This document shows positions 57,006 through 64,000 of a stretch of 64,000 nucleotides of DNA, piece by piece. A model generated the notes under the pieces. The model did no database searches. It was not told the origin of the DNA and was given only the letters and a program-made list of their open reading frames with translations. Numbering within the stretch: the stretch's first letter is position 1; each line of letters starts with the position of its first letter. The translations under genes and the position numbers were made by a program. The DNA comes from the human T2T-CHM13v2.0 reference genome, Homo sapiens, in NCBI RefSeq assembly GCF_009914755.1, contig NC_060937.1; one strand, given 5' to 3'.

Positions 57006-58829
57006 AAATACAGACCAGGATCACAGGCTCCATCTGTAACATAAAAGAGCACAGAAAATGCAGACTCATGAAAAGCAACCCTAAAAATGATCTGCTATGA
57101 AGGCAAACGAATCCTCTGGCAACAAAAGCAGAAGAGTAGCTGGAAATGGAGAAGGCTTCATAAATATCTCTGCTATTGAGAATGGCATAAAGGCGTAGCC
57201 AGCAGCTTAATCTATGTAATCCAGCAGTATCAAAAAGAAATCAAACACAGATTTTAAAATCCCTGCCTTGTCTTTTGAACTGGCTGTGGGAAAGTAGCTC
57301 TCACAGTCTGCTAGAGGTTAGGGCTGTGACTCCCACAGTACTCAAGTCCTCACTTTGATTTTCTCTTGATCAAAGATGGAACCTAATTACTGAAAAAGCA
57401 CCAAAGGGTCCTCGAAGGAATTCCCTCAACGGGACACACAGTGACCCAGGGAGATAACAAGATAATTTAATACTTGTATCAGAAGTTTTCTGATTAATAT
57501 TTAGACTCCCATCTATTGAGAAATAGGGAAAAACAGGGATCAATACATTGTGTGAGGTATGGGAGAAGCAATGCTTTTGTCAAGTGGCAATTCAAGTCAT
57601 TCACAGAGCTAGACAATTTGCCTGTTTATAAAAGGGAACATCCAAGCAGCTCTCCATTTCCTCCTTATTTCCTTGCTCTCTATAGGCTCTTGTGTTCTAT
57701 AAATAGGCAAGAAAGAAAGTTAATTAGTGTCAGCTTTCTCACCCAAGAAGAATTTTATCATTGCCTCCTTTCCAATCTTTCCAGGCTCTGAGATGGCCAT
57801 TACTCTTCTGTTACAGTCTGTAATCTACTTTAAATTACTGCAGTATAATCAATGTGATATTGTGCATATACCAGTTGGTTTACACTTTCATGTTCAGGAG
57901 TCATCAAGGAAACGTGCTATAAAGGAGGCAAGACTAGGGTGGCAAAGTAACATTCAATCAGTAAGAGCCACACTCCAGAGGCAGCGACTACAAGCCCTTT
58001 TATTATCTCTATATCGATCAAGAGCAGAAACTTTGCCAATAGCCAATAAACATCAACATTAGATTTTTATTGGTGAAAGTAGTGGTTCACTAATTAGCAT
58101 GATAGATGTAATAATGAAATTTCATTAGGTGATGTTTAAGATATTCAAAGTATGTGCATGGGTAGAAATATGTTGGACATACACCCACCACTGTATAAAC
58201 ATGTAAGAATCCAGCCAGGCCTGTTATCATGTATCCCTTAGGCTTGAATCCCGTACCTCTTAGAAAAATGGCGTCTGTGGCTTGATACCTAGTTGGATAT
58301 GTGCCCAGCATTGGTTTAGGAGAATTTCTGATTTATGAGGCCAAGTAGAAGGCCTGGAATCATGCCTGATAAATGCTGTTGTTTTTGCCTCAAGTAAACC
58401 TTTGTACAAGGCAAGGTCAACTTACCTGGACGTATAGAGAGCTGAGACTTTGTGGAGCACAAGGAACACAGTGTGTGAACTGCTTTGTGCCTGCTTTGCT
58501 AATGGCTGCTTATTAAATAAGCACGTGATGGAATTTTGTTTGAAATTTACATGTTTTATAACCTAGTAGCCAGGTGATAAGGGAGTGGCTTTCTCTCACC
58601 TATAATACTTTAAACTTCTTAGTTGCTAACTAATAAAATCAATCTAAGTGTTGTTCATGACCAAACTAGTTTAGTCAGTAGTCAACAGCCCCATTTTTCA
58701 CCCTGATCCAACAAGCAAGCCTTCTTTCAGTCCTTTGGGTGTACAGTCCTTCCAACTCAAGAACACTATATTCCCTCAAAATTCTTCACCTGGTCAATTC
58801 TGATTCACTCTTCAGGTCTCGGCCTAAAT

Positions 58830-59015
58830 CACTGGCTCTCAAACTCTGCTACATATTAGAATCACCCAGACAGCTTTCAAAAATCCCAATGCCCAGGCCA
58901 CAGCCTATACAAATTAAATAATAACAACTGGAGGTGGGAGCTTCAGTTTTAAAAAGCAATGTTTTTAAAGATTCCCTAGATGATTTCATTGTGCACCAAA
59001 GTTTGGGAACCACTG
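58830..59015. mobile_element. MER5A-like MITE
   Basis: TIRs cactggctctcaaact / agtttgggaaccactg. Confidence 0.75.
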
Positions 59016-62000
59016 GTTTCAATGTTACTTTTCCAGCAAAGACTTCAACAATCACTCCAGCTAATTTAGGTTTCTCTGCCATTTACGAGCTCCATCTCAT
59101 AGCTTTCTGTACTTTTTCTTATTTTATCCCTAGCTATGCCATCTTTGTTCTGATCCTCCCTATGCCTCCTAGATGGTGTACCCTATGAGAGCCAAGACCT
59201 AGACTGTTTTATTATCACAGCATCTAAGCATCTGGTACGGTACCTGGGACAGGACAATATGTATTTGTGCAAAATGAATGGTCAATAAATTCAATGTTTA
59301 CCTTTTCACAGATACTTAATCCCCCAAATTAAAACTAGCCAACTAACCAAATATTTGAGTACTATGTGATCAGTTTTCTAACAGGTACTGTGGAGTGACA
59401 GAGAAAAAACTTGTAATCTCTTTACAAGCATAATTAATGCATATGTAATATAAGAGAGCTGGATAATGCAGAATATACAAAAACAAAGACAAATAAAATT
59501 GAGTGTGAGGTGATAAAGAGTAATACACATATGTGGACATCTGTCCTCCTTGACTTAAATGAGTGAAACTGAGCATGGACGGTCTAATTTATAAATCACG
59601 TAGTACAGGCTATCTATCCATCCCAACTCTGCCTTCTGTCTCAGCCTTGAATTTCATTACCCAGCAAGTCTTCCTGAGCTATATGAAACATTTGCATAAG
59701 TCAGCAGCCTTTTGTTTATCTGAGTCAGAAAACCAGATTCACTCATAAAATGTGAAAGAAAGAGCTCCATTTTGAAAACTGTCATCTTTACTTAATTTTG
59801 ATCAAGCATTTGGGATAATATTTAAATGATTAGCCTGATGAATCAAAGAGCTGTGCTAAAAGAAACAGATTGGTTTATGTGCTCTAAAATATTTACTCTC
59901 TTCCCATTTTTATCTTCCACCCAAATTCTTGACGATATAAACATCTTCTGGGCTGTCTCCACAAACTACCATTCCTACATTCAGCATGAACAGACAACTT
60001 CTGAGCAGAAACCCAGACTGGGGGCAGGGGACAAGAAACGTTCTTGCTAATTTCAAAAAGCTGTCATACAAACAAACAGACCAAAAGAAGCTCTCAGGCA
60101 CTTTTGCCTAATAACAAAAGCAGGTGCTGCAAATTAAGGTAGTGTTCACAGGCCACATCAGAGACAGAGTACGCATAAATTCTAGGGAGCTCCAGGGTGA
60201 AAACAGGCATGTGGTAAAAGTACTAATGAAGGACACACAAGATTAGTCCGAGTTGCTCGAGGGCAGAGACAGCTCTTTTTCCAAATGAAATCTGAGTTAA
60301 CCACAGGACTCATCCTATTAAAGCAAAGGACGGAATTTGTCCAAGGTATTTTTGCAATGGGTAACATTAAAAGAGTCCTCATGGGTGTGACTGACATTAA
60401 TTTATTATTCTGTATTGTAACTGAGCTCACCAGAGTTCGGGATGAATGAGAAAATGAATAAGGATTCACAGTACAGTTTCGCTCCCTGGTCCAGCTCAGT
60501 CCTGTGCCACAGAAAGTGGCTGATAACTCTTTTCCAATAGGGGCTTGACCATAATAATGTGTTAGATGTGTTTTACATAACAATTTACATTGTTATGTAA
60601 TACAATACACCATTTGAGGAAGAATTGTGTCAGGATAGTATCAATGTATGACTTTTTGTGCACAGGTAAGATTACCTAGAATTTATTTTTTTCAAAATAA
60701 ATATTCTCAAAGTTTCTAAATCCAACTTAAAATATTTTAAAATTCTCTTTTGAAATTTAGGAAATATTAACAATTGCTTTTAGGGAATCTTTGATCAATG
60801 TCTGGTCTCATGTATTTAATCAAATTCCTTAAAATTTTAAACTTATATTTATAAAGTTTCTTTTCAATTTCCTTAATTGCCTCAATTGTTTGAGTAAAAA
60901 CAAATACTACCACATACATAAGTAATTCTTGTAAATGCAACAAATTAAAGTACAAACACGGTGGATCCTAAGTTATCTCAAGTTGTTCAATATTTTTGAT
61001 AAAACTTATTAAAATTTCAACTTAAAAACCCAACTCTGAATAAAATAGTCAATTATCCATTTTAATGTAATCACAGTGTTCAATGAAAATACTCATACAT
61101 TAAAATGCCATATACATCCAGATTTATTAATACAAAAGCATTTAATATTATGGGGTGATTCTCTTAAACACTGTACATTTAATTTTAAGTCTTATAGAAA
61201 CTACTGAATCACCTGAAACAATTTTGTGGTCATGCTGACAAGCAAATGTTCAACCACTGGGAGTGGTTGAGTATCAACTGCAGGTTTTAGCCTAGAGGTA
61301 AGTTCTGAGATTGCAAGAGATCCAAGGTAATTTTTCTCACCACCATCATCAACACACCAAAGAAACCCTGTTTGACAGTCATTAAACCAACATGGGTCTA
61401 CAGACTTTGCCTGGTCTTGCAGCACACATGGCTAGATTAAAGCCGTATCTTTGTTTAATTTTCCTCTATTGGCAGAATTTTGCAACCCACATGAAGCTTT
61501 GAGCTAATATCCTTCATTGCTTCAGTTGTATTAATTCAAATTTATTTGAGTTTCATAGATAATTAATTTCTCCATTGGATTCCAAGGGTTCCCTGCCCAT
61601 TTAAAAAAAATTCTGTACTGACCAAGTAATTAATGGTTTTCCTAATCTCTCCAATCCTTTTATAGATACTCTGCCTGAGAAAGAACTCCCAGGGCAGAGT
61701 CTGAGTCTTCCAGACCAAGCCCTTCTGAGTACCCCCACCTTCTGGCCATACTGCAGTTTGAAGTTCACCTTGATGCAGGCTAAGGCATTTGTCTGCAGCA
61801 AGTAAGTTTTCCATTTTCCAGACTTTTAGCCACAAACATCTTCACTAACTATTCTTGATCCTTCCCAGGTAAGTGCCAAATGGGACATGGGCCAAACATC
61901 TTAGAAATTGAAAACTGGAAGAATTAGGTCATGTCATCAAAACTTGCTATTTGCTAAGGAAAATGACTTAGAAATGCTTTAGAAGATATCTGCCTGTAAT

Positions 62001-63563
62001 GGAAAAAATATCTGAGCCATAAATAGGAGTTAAATGTAATGAACTATGAAAGTGATGCTCTACTACCTAATAAATATTTTTTAAAAGGGTGTTCCACTTT
62101 AATATTAACTGAGCCATTCATATACAAGTACACAGAACATATACCTTTGCACATAATTTTTAACAATGAATTTATGACCTGTCAACTTTTTTCTTCAAGA
62201 ACCACGTTATAAAAGTTGACTCATTTAATTAGCCATCAATAAATATATAAAAAACAATTTTAGAGTCAGATAAACAGTAGTGGATTATCTTGGAAAGAAA
62301 CGGGAGTTTTCCTTCTGAGAATGAATGGAAGGTGGCAGACGCTGTCTGGGACACAGTGTTCAACGCTTCCCTTTCCTTCTGCATAACAGCGTAACCAAAA
62401 TGGATGCCAGAGACTACTTACTCATCTTTGTACCTGACATGGTCTAAAGCAGGATGTTTATACTCAGCTATCTCAAATCCCTTTTGAAATACAGTGGAAA
62501 TAAAATAAGTAAATACAACATATATGCATTCCCCAAAGTGTCAAAAACTATTGAATAAGTTACTCAATTTTGCTAAGAAATAGCTGAGTTTAATGTAAAT
62601 TTATTAATAAGTCAGACATAAATTGAAATTGCTATTTGATTTATGGAAATATCTTGGCTAACTTGTAGACTAAACTTAACTGCCCTAATGCAGGCAGAAG
62701 TCTTTCCCCAGATTATCAGACCAGAAGGCCAGGGAATTATTCCATAGTAATGAAGATATCTTTTCATCCCCAAATTGAAAACAATGTTAGAAAGTTCCTG
62801 GTATAATCACTTTAATTAAGTGCAATTCATTTGATCCTTACACAGATCTTCCAGGATTACTGCTTACATATAGACAATTATAAATATCCAGAGACTTCCC
62901 AGTTCTTATTACAGGAAACTAAAATGACTTAATAAACAATGCATTCTCCCATAATTTGGGCCGATTCTATTTTCATTATAGTGCTTTCCTATATTTTGTA
63001 CCAAACAAAAAACAAACACTTATTCCTTATTGTTGAACTGCTATGGCTTGAGCCATTGAAAATAAAAGTCAGGTTCAAATATAAGCGGACCATGGAAAAC
63101 AGCCGATGCCTTCTGTCACAATGACACTCTGCCTGTCAACATCCAAAACAGAAAGCAGATCCAGTTTGGAGCTTCCAGCAGCATGACCAGAAATGTAATT
63201 TAGAACAAAATTTGTAATAGTAATAGAAGGAATGAGAGGTTTGTGTTGTTATTATTATTCTTTAATTGACTATATTGGTCATCTAAGAAAGTAAAAACTC
63301 CTTTTTTGGCTTTTTCCAACCCAAAGCCACCTGAATGTTTTGTAAAGAGCCATCACAATAATCAAAGTAGTGGTCCATTTGTGCAGGATAGTGGGAAAGT
63401 AGCTTAGTGCACTTTAAGATATGAGGAATTTGTAGCGTTAAGCAGGTAACTTTGACATCACCTAAAGCTATGCGCCAAATGCCTTTTGTTTCATATTTCT
63501 AAATGAATTTTTCCTTCAAGACATTCCCTGAGTCATCAGACCTAGCTCAAATTGAAATGTACT

Positions 63564-63993
<430 letters not shown>

Positions 63994-64000
63994 TTATTGA

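Noticed and set aside
57285-57340. TGTGGGAA with nearby inverted partial sites as a paired RBPJ element
   Set aside because: The spacing does not fit the 15-17 bp paired-site geometry.
61250-61270. Perfect 9-bp hairpin TCAACCACT-GGG-AGTGGTTGA
   Set aside because: A stem this short is expected by chance in 64 kb, and there is no supporting context.
59100-63500. Long AT-rich stretch with short ORFs as a hidden gene or ncRNA
   Set aside because: No recognisable protein homology, exon structure or RNA-gene motif. Very old repeats cannot be excluded without a search.

Overview
Human genomic DNA: Alu/L1/LTR-rich, and it carries a human-specific AluYa5. The window lies inside the LHFPL6 (LHFP) gene on the minus strand. 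The only protein-coding sequence I can support is one 99-bp internal exon at 32825-32923 (-), encoding [34 protein letters not shown]. The rest is intron, filled with about 22 Alus, a degraded ~5.6-kb old primate L1, several L1 3' fragments, solo LTRs (ERV1, ERVL, MaLR) and MER DNA transposons. The other listed ORFs are repeat-derived or chance. I found no support for a new gene system. The most unusual signals are DNA-repair scars: a locally templated patchwork insertion replacing part of an Alu (2503-2605), a templated insertion plus fold-back inside the L1 (13544-13663), and a perfect 104-bp tandem duplication (26431-26638) that doubles an AP-1 site. Repeat subfamily names come from remembered consensus sequences, not from a search.
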